Source of the DNA: Rhina ancylostomus
Taxonomy: Eukaryota
Assembly: GCA_030265395.1 (NCBI GenBank)
Contig: JARFYF010000051.1
Coordinates: 12,531,050 to 12,595,049, forward strand
Direction: 5' to 3'
Length of the DNA: 64,000 bases
Part shown: piece by piece, positions 13,430 through 26,910 of the stretch
Numbering within the stretch: position 1 is the stretch's first letter
Layout of the letters: every line of letters starts with the position of its first letter
Notes under the pieces: generated by a model
Databases searched by the model: none
The model's input: only the letters and a program-made list of their open reading frames with translations
What the model was told of the DNA's origin: nothing
Translations under genes and position numbers: made by a program

Positions 13430-14200
13430 GTTAATAAAATAATCCCTTATTCTTCTAAACTGTCGGGAGTATAAACTCATTCTATTCATTTTTTCCTCTT
13501 GGACATCCCTCTCCACTTCCCAGTAATACAATGAAGCTTCACTGTAATGTCACCAAAGTATATCCTTCCTTAGATAAGGTTACCAAAACTGTACATAATA
13601 CACCAGATGTGATCTCAGAGGCTTGGACCATTTTTGTAAGATTTTCTGACACTTGCATTTAAAGTCAACTTCCATTTGCCTTCTTCAATTACATGCAAAC
13701 TTTTTATTTCTTGCACAAAGACACACTGATCTCTCTGAACAGCACACCAATATCTATCAGTTTCATGCCATTGGAAATATACTTTTTTACTCTATTAAAA
13801 TTAAGTAACTCCACATTTCCCACTTTACACTGAACTCCATCTGCCTCCTTTTTGCCCACTTACTTAACCTGTCCCTTTACAAACTTTGCACCATCCTCAC
13901 AATTTACTTTCCCAATGATCTTTGTTGCTTAATCAAACTTGGATACGTTAAAATACATCTTACATCAAAGTTGTTAATACAGATTGCAAGTAGCTGAGAA
14001 CCACCCCCACCCCGCCTCCCAACTCTGATCCCTGGAGACACACCACTAATTGCAAATTGCCAAGTAGAAAAAGGTCCATTTATCCCAACATTACTTTTGG
14101 TCTGTAACCCATCTGTTATCCATGGCGTTACATTAACATGAGCCTCTTGCTTGTGCAATAACCTTTCATGTGGTATCTCATTAAATGTCATTTGAAAATA
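13430..14200 (-). mobile_element. Degraded CR1 RT fragment
   Basis: Minus-strand translation remnants YFQMTFNEIPHERLL...VGINGPFSTWQ...SGV. Confidence 0.7.
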
Positions 14201-14884
14201 CAAACTAGGAAAACAACAGGTTTGGAAGGTTCAGTATCACATGTTGCGCATTCATCCATAAACCCTTAGGAGCAAGATGACTACTCAGCAGAACAAATGG
14301 TACCATTTTCACAACTTAAATGAATCCAAGTGCAAGTACACAAAGTGAGAATATTTGCATCTCAACAAATTTAGCTGGTGCCACTGAAAGTTAAAACACA
14401 ATAATTTAGTTGCATACCCTTAGGTTTAAATTAAGACCAATTTGATCTAAATTACATTTATGCAGCATTTTAATATAGCAAAATTTCACAAGGTACATAA
14501 TAGAAGAATAAAGCTACAAGCCATAAAAAGGACAGATGACCAAAAATTTGATCAAAGATATAGGTTTTGTGCAGCCTGAAAAAAATGGAAAGATAGGTGC
14601 GCTTCTGGGAACCAATTATAGAACCCTGACAGCTGGTTGCCAAAGGCACGGAACCAATGGTGGGGCGATTAAATTTGGTGAAGATCAAGGAGGTCAGCCA
14701 ACAAAAACATGTATTAATTTAGGATCTTCAATGTAAAAAATATCCTAAGGCATTTCACAGGGATGTTAGCAGGCANNNNNNNNNNNNNNNNNNNNNNNNN
14801 NNNNNNNNNNNNNNNNNNNGACCATTTAGTCATGACTGCTGTGATTTTTATGTGGAAACCAATTTGGAGTTTTCTCAGAGGCAA

Positions 14885-14972
14885 ATGTGTACTCTTTAAG
14901 TCTGGGTAAGTGCATGTCGAATAGTCAAAAGACTGTTCGACATGCACTTACCCAGACTTAAAGAGTACACAT
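14885..14972. repeat. Near-perfect inverted repeat with 42-bp arms and a 4-nt loop
   Basis: ATGTGTACTCTTTAAGTCTGGGTAAGTGCATGTCGAATAGTC-AAAA-GACTGTTCGACATGCACTTACCCAGACTTAAAGAGTACACAT; 41/42 positions complementary. Confidence 0.97.
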
Positions 14973-15659
14973 CTGTACTCTAAGACTGCTTCTTACAGAC
15001 CAAAAGAAAATGGTTATGCACTTCTTAAATGATACCATACTAATGGTTTTTAAAAACAGACATTTCATAGATTATGCACATAATGTATAATGTGGTTTAA
15101 AGTTTGAAAGAAGGCAATTGCAGGGTCCCATGCTGTGATTTTTAATATTTGTGTCATGTGAAATTTTAGTGAATGCTGTATCTTGCATGCATTGCTTTTG
15201 GGCATTAACTTTCCACTCTGAGATCTCTCATAAATGTTGATGTTGTTTTCATATTCTCACTGCTCCAGGGTGTGGAGTGATTTACTTTACACATACTTAG
15301 TACATGCTGCAGAGGCGAGGAGAGGACAGTAATACTACTTGACTCATGGCTCAGAAATGCAGATAAAGTACTGCATTGATAGCTTTGATACAGACTAAGT
15401 TCACAACATTCAACAACTGACTCCTTAACCGCATGGTTTGGGGGATATAGAGTGGGGATGAAAAGCGAACGTAGTTTTAATTCCCTAATAAGAATAAAGT
15501 TATTAAAATGTAAAATTTTATAGCAAAATTCAAACATGATCAATATCTGTCCACTGCCAGTTTTAAGGATGACAGGAGGGGGCAAGTGGCAATGAACTAA
15601 CCATAGGCCTTAACGTTAATCTGCTTTCATAAATCAGGAATTCAGATTATTTGACTCTG

Positions 15660-15985
15660 ATATTGCCCCAAGAGAGAAAAAATGGGTAGGAGATGGCCAG
15701 CTCCAAGAACAAGGTGGTAGTGGAGGCATGGTTTCTTCATGATGTGGGCTTTGCCATCAAGAATATGTCAATCTGGTATCTTGGTAACCCTCCCAACCAC
15801 CCACTGTGGAATTAGTGAATGCCTCATGACCCCTGGGCTCATTCTGACATAGAATCAACACATTGCAGTCATCAGTATAAATGCTGCAATTCAGAAACTA
15901 CAGCCGAGGTCAAGGATGACTTGTACTACAATGAAAAAACTCTAGTCCTTATTCCAGAGGCAGACAAACAGATCTTTCTGGGTGA
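15660..15985 (+). mobile_element. RTE-clade LINE endonuclease-region fragment
   Basis: Remnant motifs GQL-EQG, VGFAIKN, CGISE-LMT, EVKDDLY...IPEADKQIFLG typical of the RTE AP endonuclease. Confidence 0.65.
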
Positions 15986-15987
15986 AG

Positions 15988-16082
15988 CAACACACACATT
16001 GCCAGAGGAACTCAGTGGGTCAGGCGGCATCTATGGAGGAAAATGAACAGTCAACGTTTTTAGCTGAGACCCTTCATCAGTC
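15988..16082 (-). mobile_element. Penelope-derived repeat with a decayed hammerhead motif
   Basis: GAGGAACTCAGTGGGTCAGGCGGCATCTATGGAG...CAGTCAACGTTTTTAGCTGAGACCCTTCATCAG; the GAAA core is mutated to AAAA. Confidence 0.65.
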
Positions 16083-16094
16083 TTTTTCCATAAT

Positions 16095-16580
16095 AGAGGA
16101 TGTACATGCTACAGAAGGAGTGCAATGAAGATTCACTACAGTGGTTCCAGAGATGGTAGGTTTGCCAACGCAAGGACAATGAGCAGATTACACATATATT
16201 GCCTAGAGTTCCCAAGAATGACTGGTAATAGAAAATTGTTGTCATTTGACAGCATAGATGCAGGGAGGATGTCTTAGGCTGAGAACCTGGGATCACAGGC
16301 TCAGAAATAAAGGCTGGTCATTTAGGACTGAGTTGAAGAGAAATTTCTTCATACAGTGTGTGACAAATCTTTGGAATTCTCTACAAAGGACAGCTGAGGA
16401 ACCTTTCATGGAGTTAATTTAAATTGGAAATTCATTGATTTTTGGATATTGAGGGGTCATGAGATTATGGGGATAGTGTAGAAAACTGCAATTAAGGTAG
16501 AAGATCAGCTATGATTTTAACGAATGGCACAGTAGGCTCAAAAGGGCCACTTGGCCTACTCTTAATTTTATGTTCTTATT
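16095..16580 (+). mobile_element. Degraded CR1 3' end
   Basis: GGATCACAGGCTCAGAAATAAAGG...TTTAGGACTGAG...GATCAGCTATGAT...GGCCTACTCTT...TATGTTCTTA. Confidence 0.7.
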
Positions 16581-17350
16581 TTTGTAACTTTTGCCAATAT
16601 ATGATCACAGCTCCCAAGCTTTAAGTTTACCATTGAAAGTTAGCTTTAACTTCACCAATGCACATGAACACTGGGGATTCTGCTGGTGATTGACCACTGA
16701 AATATTTGCCAGTTTGAAATCTGAATGAAACATTCAATTTTTAAAGACATGAATAAAATTTAAGTCTTAAATTCTTTTAGACAATTAAATCTGATCATGG
16801 TGAACCTATACAAGAACATGGATCAACATTTTAAATAACTCAGGGTTAGGAAAGCATGTAAATTTTCATATTTGTATGTTGGAAAAAGTAAGTGAACTTA
16901 GCCCTCCCAAATCAGTGACCTGCTGCAGTTCCTTAAACTCTGAAACCAGAAAATACTAATAATGTTTGCAGAGCAGGGATCAGAGTTCTCAGATATGATT
17001 TTTGATTTGAATTGCTAAGCCAAATATGGTGGAAAATGCCAACATGTTCAAGACCTGCCATGCAAATGTTAACTCCTGGACCTGGCTGCACCAGTGGCTG
17101 TTGGGTTCCACATAGGATCCAGTGGTACAGCACAAATTTGTTAAATTCTATAACAGTCATACTGGGGAATCTGCTCAATGAATCTGAATGAGGTTCATTT
17201 GAATGGTGAAAAACAGCTGTATGACAAAAGACTCTGTAGAAGTTATTAAATTTGTTCCTGAAATTGCATTTGTTTAATTCTTTAAATGTCTTTAAGTATT
17301 TTCATTTTTATATTCCAACTGTTTAAAATTACATGTTTGCTACATTCTTC

Positions 17351-17662
17351 TGTTACAGACTAGGTTACTATTAGTGAAGGTCCCTTTAAGATTGTGTGTG
17401 TGTGTGTGTNNNNNNNNNNNNNNNNNNNNNNNNNNNNNNNNNNNNNNNNNNNNNNNNNNNNNNNNNNNNNNNNNNNNNNNNNNNNNNNNNNNNNNNNNNN
17501 NNNNNNNNNAGTTAGTTTTTAGGAGTTAATGTTTGGGGTTTAACATTATTACTTCTAACATTTTTACTTTTATTTTACTTATTATCATAAGTAGTTATTA
17601 ATAAAGTAGTTTTTAAACACGTATACATGTCTGTGTGTTTCTGCTGTTGCTGGTACGTAACA
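17351..17662 (+). mobile_element. Solo LTR, family A (spans a 100-N gap)
   Basis: CTTC|TGTTAC...GTAACA|CTTC: TG..CA inverted termini, 4-bp TSD, and AATAAA near the 3' end. Homologous to 39782-40493. Confidence 0.8.
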
Positions 17663-20600
17663 CTTCAGAGCTTCATTTTTGAACATCAGTGATATTCAAT
17701 ATTCCACAGCCTGAACAGCTGGTAAAGCAGGGGAATTTAAGCTTTGCTGACTGTCATGGCTTTTTTCTGACACTGTGGTCACAGCTTGTTCTGACCCACC
17801 CACATGACAGTATTATGTTGTGTAAGACCCTGCCATTGAACAGGACCTTGTTCACAAGTTTGGTCAGAATCCACAGGCAAGTGAAATCAGAAGATCTGAA
17901 GAAGTTAAACATAAAATTTGTCAATCACGAGCATGAGGGACTCACTGCTGACAGCAAGCTTTGATCCATCAAGTCCATTTCTCTTCCAACAGAAGCTACC
18001 TCACCCACTATTTTAAACATTTTTTGTTTGTACTTTAAAATAGTAACTGAGCTTCTGCTATATTCTAAATGTCTTTCCACCAGAATCCACTGTGCCTTTG
18101 CTTGTACAGTTCTGTTAAAGATGCTTCACATCAAGTCCAGATAGTATCATTGCAAGCATTAGAAAAATACCCTCAAGAAATTGTGCATGGGCATAAAGCA
18201 ATTTTTAAATCTGATTTCCCGCTAATCCATAAAGATGACTAAAACAAAAAAATGGCTACTTAATACAAAATCTCTATATGTTATGAATTGGCTGAAAAGG
18301 GAAAATGAAATTAATTTAACTTTAGGAATGATTCCTCCCTATTCTTAATGTAGGAACTGTATGAGAAGAGGGGTGGAGAGTGTGCGTGAAGGTTTATTAA
18401 AGAAATGGCAAATGTTAAGATGCTGCTGGACATGTTTAATATTGGGCATCAGTCTGGTTGTCACTGACAAAGAACCTGCAAACCAGTTGTTGATTATTTC
18501 AGACAAAGGCAATTTCACCTTGACAAGCTTCTAGAAACAGGTAAAAATTCTGTCTGTTCTGAAGCAGTCTTGTTTAAGAGTGAACAAAAGTCAAAAAAGG
18601 CAGTTGCTCTGTTGCCATGGCCACTACAACACTTGCAAGGATTGAACTGGATCGATACAAACAAATGGTTCTTTCCAGTGGGTTGATTATATCAACAAAA
18701 ACCAAGGACAATGATGACTCAGATTTCCGAGAAACTATCTTGGTGTGGCTGCCAATAACATGACTAAAAGTCACTGGGCACATGTATAATATAAAATATG
18801 ACAAAGAATTATTTCAGATACCAGAAACTTGCTGCACACCAAATTAAACAGAATATTCCAAAGCAAATTATATTAAAGCAAATGTTCTCCCCTCCAACTG
18901 TTCCCTTCCTGCTCCAGAGACAAAATTGAACTTCGATGTTTAGCTGTTGGCACAGGCACTAATTGGGTTGGTAGGACCCCTTGCTTATACAGTACTCTGT
19001 GGTCATGTGCCTCACTGCTGCTTTGTGAACCAATAATGACTACCATGTTTCTGGTACTGGTTTATTACTGTCACATGTACCTTGTAGCAGAGCTGCAACT
19101 GTCACAAATATTTTGTGCCCTTATTTCATTAAAAAAAAATTACAGAAATGCCAGGTTTTGTTCATTTCTCTAGCATCAAAGCAAATATAAAAACGAACTG
19201 CAGTTAATACCATAAAATTTTAAATCACCTGATCTTAGTAACCATAGTTGCTTATATGCTTAACACTTACATTAATATAGTTCAAGAAGCAACTTCTATA
19301 TAATAAGCATTCAGATGATTGTGTAGCTTACTGCAATTTAAAACTTAACAGGATTGGAAAAACAGTGAAGTGGTGCTACATAATCTAAATTCCTACAGGA
19401 AAAACTTGTTTGAAATCAGCATGTCTGTAGGAAATGGCTTTTGACTGAGTATGCATTAAGAAAAAATAATTGAGCCGTAATGGTCCCTGGTGAAGTAGGG
19501 CCCAGAATTTTGACTAAAATTTCATTTTTGGCCACAATTCAGCAGCGCAATGAATACACTCCCAATATCAAAGCCTCTTTCAACCATTATGTGAGTGAGG
19601 CGGTGAAGTTAATAGCTTGTAGCATTGAATGAACTTAGTTTTTTAAAAAAATACTCAGTTTCCAATGTTTATCGTACAACAATGAGGACAGGGGAATAGA
19701 GTTAACTCATAATTACTCATATCATAGCTGTCAATGGACCCATATCTATGCTTACTTCACTGTTTTCTCCTCCAGTTTATCTTTGCACTGATCCAAAAAG
19801 AATTGTGGAACTCCTGGTACCCAATTCTTCCAGTCAGTCGTCTATTAAAACCCAGTCTTGGTGCTAAATAATATTACCTGCCTCATTTGTCTTCTCTTTG
19901 ATCCTTTAACATAACTTGTTCAAATGAAAACCTCACAAGATGAAGCGTTTATTTCTGTTCCCACAGAAACAACAGCATCAGTTTCAGTAGGCACCTTTCA
20001 TTGTCAGTTTTCTCCTAGAGAACCTTATTTCAGTGATCAGAACAAAATGAAAATTAAACTGTTTATCAGTGAATTCCAGTAACACTGGCACAAATCATTA
20101 TGATCAAATTATGTTTCATAACCAAGGTACATATTGATCAAGTGCTTCTGAAAAGAGAAATCGGGTGTAACTGTTGCCAGTTAACCATCAAGTAGATAAT
20201 GTCATGTTTTTTTCTTGAACAACATTATCAATTTCAATTGAAACAGCTGATGGATTAACAGGGACTTCAAATGCACTATTTGATTTACTGAACTCAGGTC
20301 TTCAATTCACAGTAATCCAAAAGCAGATGCGAGTAATCTGAAATAAAAATAGAAAATGCTGGAAACACTCAACAGGTAGCATCTATGGACAGAGGGACAA
20401 AGTTAACTTTTCAGATTGTTGACCTTTTAAAAATCATATTGGGAAGCCTCTCACCACCTGAATTTAGAATTTATTTTAATTAAAAAAAAACTCCACAAGA
20501 TCAAGCTTTTATTTTTGTTGAAACTCCATTGTTTCTGCAAAAGCCAGACCATTGGTCTCATTAGTCACCTGTCATTGTTACAGTTTTCTCCAAGTGCACT

Positions 20601-23600
20601 GGAAATAGTGTGTTGCAAAATTCTGTGACCCTTTGAAAGTTTATCACATCTGGTGCTGAACTGGTTAAGTATTTGGGCAGCCATAATTTTTTGTTATATA
20701 GGTTTAGCTCATCTTTGTGTAATGTGCCCAGAATTTTTATCAAAATATAATCAATATTTTCCCGAGATATCCATGAATGACTGACAACTACCAAATAACC
20801 CTAGAGTCCCCTACCGCAGACTTTATAACCACTAAAGGGGCCTAATATTTTTTGTGTAAAGATTTCTGTCAACCCAAACATGTTTAATCCAACATGTGAA
20901 TTGGCATAGTGTCATTTACAGGGACAGGATTTGACAGGTCTTCATTCATCTGGGCTGTGTTCTGTAACTGAAACAAGTATGAACTCTGAAAGCCCAGCAG
21001 TAATGAGAGAAAGAAAAAGAGTGGTCTGACTTGAATTTCAAAGAAGCATGTTATTCAAAACTACTACTTTCTAATAGCTGTGGGGTATCAATAGGTCTTG
21101 CCTGTTNNNNNNNNNNNNNNNNNNNNNNNNNNNNNNNNNNNNNNNNNNNNNNNNNNNNNNNNNNNNNNNNNNNNNNNNNNNNNNNNNNNNNNNNNNNNNN
21201 NNNNNNNNNNNNNNNNNNNNNNNNNNNNNNNNNNNNNNNNNNNNNNNNNNNNNNNNNNNNNNNNNNNNNNNNNNNNNNNNNNNNNNNNNNNNNNNNNNNN
21301 NNNNNNNNNNNNNNNNNNNNNNNNNNNNNNNNNNNNNNNNNNNNNNNNNNNNNNNNNNNNNNNNNNNNNNNNNNNNNNNNNNNNNNNNNNNNNNNNNNNN
21401 NNNNNNNNNNNNNNNNNNNNNNNNNNNNNNNNNNNNNNNNNNNNNNNNNNNNNNNNNNNNNNNNNNNNNNNNNNNNNNNNNNNNNNNNNNNNNNNNNNNN
21501 NNNNNNNNNNNNNNNNNNNNNNNNNNNNNNNNNNNATTTAGAACAATAATATGTTTAGGAGGAGAAAAAGGACAGAATGCCTCATGAGAACTCCTCTGAT
21601 TTTCTGGGCTCACTTTACGGTGCCATCGTCACTCAAAATCTCATCTGACAGCTCCTAACCTGGAGTTTCCTGTCACGGGCCTGCCCTCTCATTGAGTTAA
21701 TAAGCACTTCATTACTTATTTTTATCTATATGGAGACAAACAACTGGAGATGAAGTTGAACAATTTAATCCAAAGTAATCCAAGGTAATCCAGCTTCAAT
21801 TTTCCTCTTCACTGAGGCATATGCAAAAACAAGTTTTGCCTGTATATGTATAAAAAAAATCAGTGTTCACTCTAACGATGAAAGCTGGCTAAGTCAGTAA
21901 ATGACTGTGCCATCTTTAGTTTGTTATGAATAAGCTTATTTCAGTTTGGACAGTGAAGAGATGCATTTTGAATCTCAATGCACGAGTTAAGGAAAGGGGA
22001 AGATTAAAATAAAATCAGCCAGGGGTCCTGATCTATGGTACCATTTGTGACATGGAGCTTGTGCTCAGCAGGCACATGTTACAGTTAAACATCTTCTGTG
22101 TGAAGAAGGGGCATTCCCACACAGGCCAACTGGTGCCCGGCGAGCATATGCAAAGTTAAGCTTCAGGTGAGGAAGACAGATAATAGCTAATGAAAGGGCA
22201 AGAGTAAATAAACTATCTGATGTGGTTTACCATCAAATGCAATCAAAGGTAGTGCATCCTCAGATTGTTCCTCATATTATTGATAATTTGTTCCCTTTTG
22301 CACTAAGGTGTACAGAAAACCAACCTCAGGCTGCATTTCTGAAACAATAGAATGCCAAACCTCATGTAATTGCCCAATTTCAAAATAAGCTAAAACAATC
22401 AACTTACTTATTAAAATGATGAATGGATCAAATGAGATATGTAAAAAAAAAGGTTATAAACATTTGCTCTCCCTTGGGAAGCATATTTCTTTCATCTCAT
22501 CACGTAACTCTACCCTTTGGCATTGCAATGAAGCTTTACCTAAAACCAGTTAGAAGCAGTTGAAAGATTGTGTAATTACGATATAAAAGAACAAGTACTT
22601 CTTGCGTTCGTTAGCCCGTTTGAANNNNNNNNNNNNNNNNNNNNNNNNNNNNNNNNNNNNNNNNNNNNNNNNNNNNNNNNNNNNNNNNNNNNNNNNNNNN
22701 NNNNNNNNNNNNNNNNNNNNNNNNCTAGTTTCTTTCTGACAAATTGTTGTTTGATACAATTCAAGTCCTTCATACTTTATTCTGTCTTTCATGTTACCTC
22801 ACCTCTTCTATCTCTCGAAGTCCAACTCCCAGCCTCACCAATGGAGATGATAAATAAGTCAGGCAGGGTGACATTGGTAAACCTGAAAGAACAGCTGATG
22901 GAGTTCTGGCGAAGTCACAACAGTCCAGCGTGCCAGCATTGAATTTTATATTGCCATGACTCATACAAGGAGATACAAATCTTGCAGGCTTATAATAGAG
23001 AATTTATTATTCTCCTATTGTAGAGAAAAATTCAATACTCTCAGATAACATATGTCGTATGGTATTTCAACTCAAACTAGATCTCATTGCAGTTCTCCCA
23101 GCACCAATCACCTTGAGCCATGAACTAGCAGAGCAAAGTGCAACAAAATAACCCACTAACAAAGTAGATTCACATATATTGCTTTAAAATACTTTTAAAG
23201 TATATTACAGTTCAAATTTTGCCAATATATCACTTTCAGATTATGACATCAATTTAGCTCCCAAAGACTATCTATAGTCTTGGAACTATCACAAATAAAG
23301 AGGCTGATAATATAGAATGGGAAAAAATGAGGCAGTTCAATTAACCATATCAGAGATACCAAACCCAAGGTGTTTTTGGCCTGATTATACTCCTCACAAA
23401 ACAACCATTGCAAAAATAATGAATCTGCATGATTGTTGAAAAATCGCTTGATAATACATAAATAATGTGAAATTTCAACAATTTTAAAGCAGATTCAACA
23501 GTAAACTTTCAAAAATGTATAAATATTTGAGGGGAAAAGCTTCAATACTGCGAGGGAGGAACAGGAGAACTTAACTAATTTACTTCCTTTCAAAGAACAG

Positions 23601-25502
23601 GCACGAGCATAATGAGCTGAACAATCTGCTGTGTTGTACAATTCTGCTAATATTTTAAGAATATATAGGGTAGTTCACCTGATTGCTCAGAGTCTTTTTG
23701 CGAACACCTGGAACATTTGTATTTGATCTGCTTGTCCTCAGCCAAAAAAAGATGTAAAAAGCATCTGGCCTTAAGGGAAAAGTAATGTACCTGTTTGTTA
23801 TTCAGTAATCTGTACTGAAACACCTTGACTAGAACATGCGTTTCCTTTCTAATTTAGCTTAAAAGAATCTATTTTTGAGACTCAGGATTATAATTCGTCA
23901 TTCACTACATAGCCAGTTCTCATGTTAGAAGCCTTAACAGGTTATTTGACTGCAGAGGGCACATAGCCAAGTCTAATTCAAACAAGACTCCCATGTACAT
24001 TTACCATAGGTGGTTGGATAACAAGGAACAGAAGTACATTCACCTTTTACTTTCAACCCAGGGGCACAGATGTGAATTGCACCATCTGCATCTTCTTAAA
24101 ACAACCAGTGCAGATCAGATGTTCCTGCTCTATATACTCTAGTCACTGAACAATCAAAAGAACCACATTGTATATATATATATTTTTTAAAGAATTAATG
24201 ATCACATAACACAGGAAGTAGTTATTCAGTCCATTGCGTCTGTGCCAGCTAAGAGCATCCACTCTCCTACCTTTTCCTAATAACACTGAAGTTTTCCCCT
24301 TCATGTATCTGTACAATCCATTTTTGCATTGAATCTGTTTGCATATGGTTGAAATTTCACATTTAAGTAAATTTGCAACAATTGCATTTAATCAGTGAAA
24401 GCTATATCCAGACATCTGGGGCAGTTTTTGACATTAAAGACAATAAATAAGTGCAAGATTTTCTTCCCTGTGTGAGTTTCATAACAAACAGTGATAAGTA
24501 GATGGGCACTACACGGCATGTAGTGTGAATTATTATTGTCCCATGTGATTGTAGCTGAAATGGAGCTGGATATTTCCACTAGATGTGGTAAGGAAATAGT
24601 ACTGTGTTATAAGTCACTAACCTCGAGGACTGAAATGACAGAAATATCAAGGGAAAAGTCAGGGTTGTTTTCTCACCACAACTACTTGATGTCTTACTGG
24701 CTTGAAACATTTGTATTGTGAACATAATTGGATGCCCTTACTAAAAAAGCATGCGGGTTGCTTGCTCTGTTGAGAAAGGTACAATTTTGCAGAATGTTAT
24801 TATTTTGCATATACATGATCACATAGCAATAACCTATGATTGCATTTTTGTATTTTTTAGAACTAAAATTCATATTAACAAATATTGAGACCATGTGAAA
24901 ATATCATTCAAAATGTCATTTATTGAAATATAAAATAGAACTTGCAAATACAATCCCTTTTTGACTTTCACTTTAAAAGTAAATGATAATCAATGTAATC
25001 TACATCCAATATTTTTTAGAAAGTCTTAAATCATAAGATAAATAAGCATATTTATGGAAAAGAATAAGTGAAATGCAGTTATAGAGGCTACTTCAAGAAA
25101 ATTTCTTTGCAAGCAACCGTTATGTAATAAATAAACAAGCTATTAGATTCCAAAATAAAACAATATAGTTGAGATAATGTAGCTTCAAAAAAACTCGCTG
25201 CAAGTGAAAGGGGATGACATTAATTTATTAATACAGCCAACTACATCCATATAAATTGTTAACTAAAACAAATAAAATGTTTGCAACATAAAATTATTTG
25301 ATTAAATCCATACTCTATATAAATGTCTTGGATATATTTTGTACTCTTCACAACCTCAGGATGTCTAAAATTTCTCTACTGTTAACAAAGCATCTTTGAA
25401 ATGATGTTTTCATTATCCAGTGCAGGAAATGGTGCAGCCAAATTGCACGCAGAAAGTTCCTGCAAACAGTAATGTAATAATGACTAAATAATGTTTTTAA
25501 TG

Positions 25503-25798
25503 ATAAGGTTTCTTTATTAGTCACATGTACATCGAAACACACAGTGAAATACATCTTTTGCGTAGAGTGTTCTGGGGGCAGCCTGTAAATGTCGTCACGC
25601 TTCCGATGCCCAACATAGCATGCTCACAACTTCCTAACCCGTACATCTTTGGAATGTGGGAGGAAACTGGAGCACCTGGAGGAAACCCACACAGATGCGG
25701 GGAGAACGTATAAGCTCCTTACAGATAGCAGCCGGAATTGAACCCAGGTCACTGGCACTGCAAAGACTTATGCTAACCGCTAAACTACCGTGCCTACC
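25503..25798 (-). mobile_element. Full-length tRNA-derived V-SINE
   Basis: Minus strand: GGTAGGCACGGTAG...GGTTCAATTCC (B box), V domain, tail TTTCACTGTGTGTTTCGATGTACATGTGACTAATAAAG. Confidence 0.88.
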
Positions 25799-26294
25799 GT
25801 ACTTGTCTACTAACTTAACCATTTTACATTACCCTGTTAGAATTGTATAGCAACAATTATGGGAAGGAAGACCAGCCAAGGTTAAGAGTCCAAATTGCTG
25901 AGCAAAGACACTTGCTGGTTACAATGTCACTTATCTCACTGATCATGCCAATGTCACATGAACAGCAAGTTTTCAACACAACCACAGCAAAATGTCAAAA
26001 GTACACCAAGAGAAGTTTAAGAATGTAAATAAAAGTCCTTTATGTTAGCTGCTTAAAGTGCTACAGCATGCCTCAGTACTTAAGTGGAGGGAGTGGAAAA
26101 GGCAATGACTATTCATTATAGGATTTATAAGGTTCTTGATGCTTCTGCATAACAAGGAGTAACAACCTTTTATAACAAGTTGTTGTTAAAGCCAGTCTCC
26201 AATGCAACAAATATTTCCGTTCTAAAGATAGAGTGGTATAAAGGTGTCTGGATACTAATTTTTGTTTTGCAAGTCCCTTTAAATTATCGCAAGA

Positions 26295-26910
26295 AAATAG
26301 TAGCACTGTGGGCCATTTGGCTCTTCATGCCACCTGCCATGGCTGATCTGCCTTAGGCTTCAAGTACTCTACTGTGCCAGTTTCCCAGAGCCTTCAATTC
26401 TCTGAAAGTTCATAAAACTTTATCTACTGCCTCTTTAAGTTTCTTCAATGAAGTCATTTCCACCACTCTCTGCATGAAATTCCTATGCACCTCAGTTTTA
26501 AATGACCAACCCTTATCTTGTTACTATGTTCCCTTGTTCAAAGCTCTCCCAACAGTGGAAGTGCCCTACCATCTATCACGTCATGCTCCTTAGGATCACC
26601 TACATTTCAATAAGATCATACCTCGCTCTTGTAAACCACATTGAACTTCAGCTGCATGTGATAGAACAAACCTCTCCTTTTTGAAAATGGCATGGTGAAT
26701 CTCTTCTGGACTGCCTCCAACACGAGGAAATCCTTTCTTAAACAAGGGGACCAAAAGTGTGCACAGTACTCCAGGTGTGGCCTTGCCAACATTCTGCACA
26801 ATTGCAACAAGATTTCCCCTTTTTTAACTTGCAATAAAGACTAAAATACCATTTGCCTACCCAAATGCTTACTGCACCTGCCTGCAAACTTATCATGATT
26901 TGTGCAGTTT
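26295..26910 (-). mobile_element. CR1 3' fragment
   Basis: Translates to EILLQLCRMLARPHLEYCAHFWSPCLRKDFLVLEAVQKRFT, plus a CR1 tail. Confidence 0.8.

Noticed and set aside
25730-25798. tRNA-like A/B boxes
   Set aside because: This is a SINE head with no cloverleaf, not a tRNA gene.
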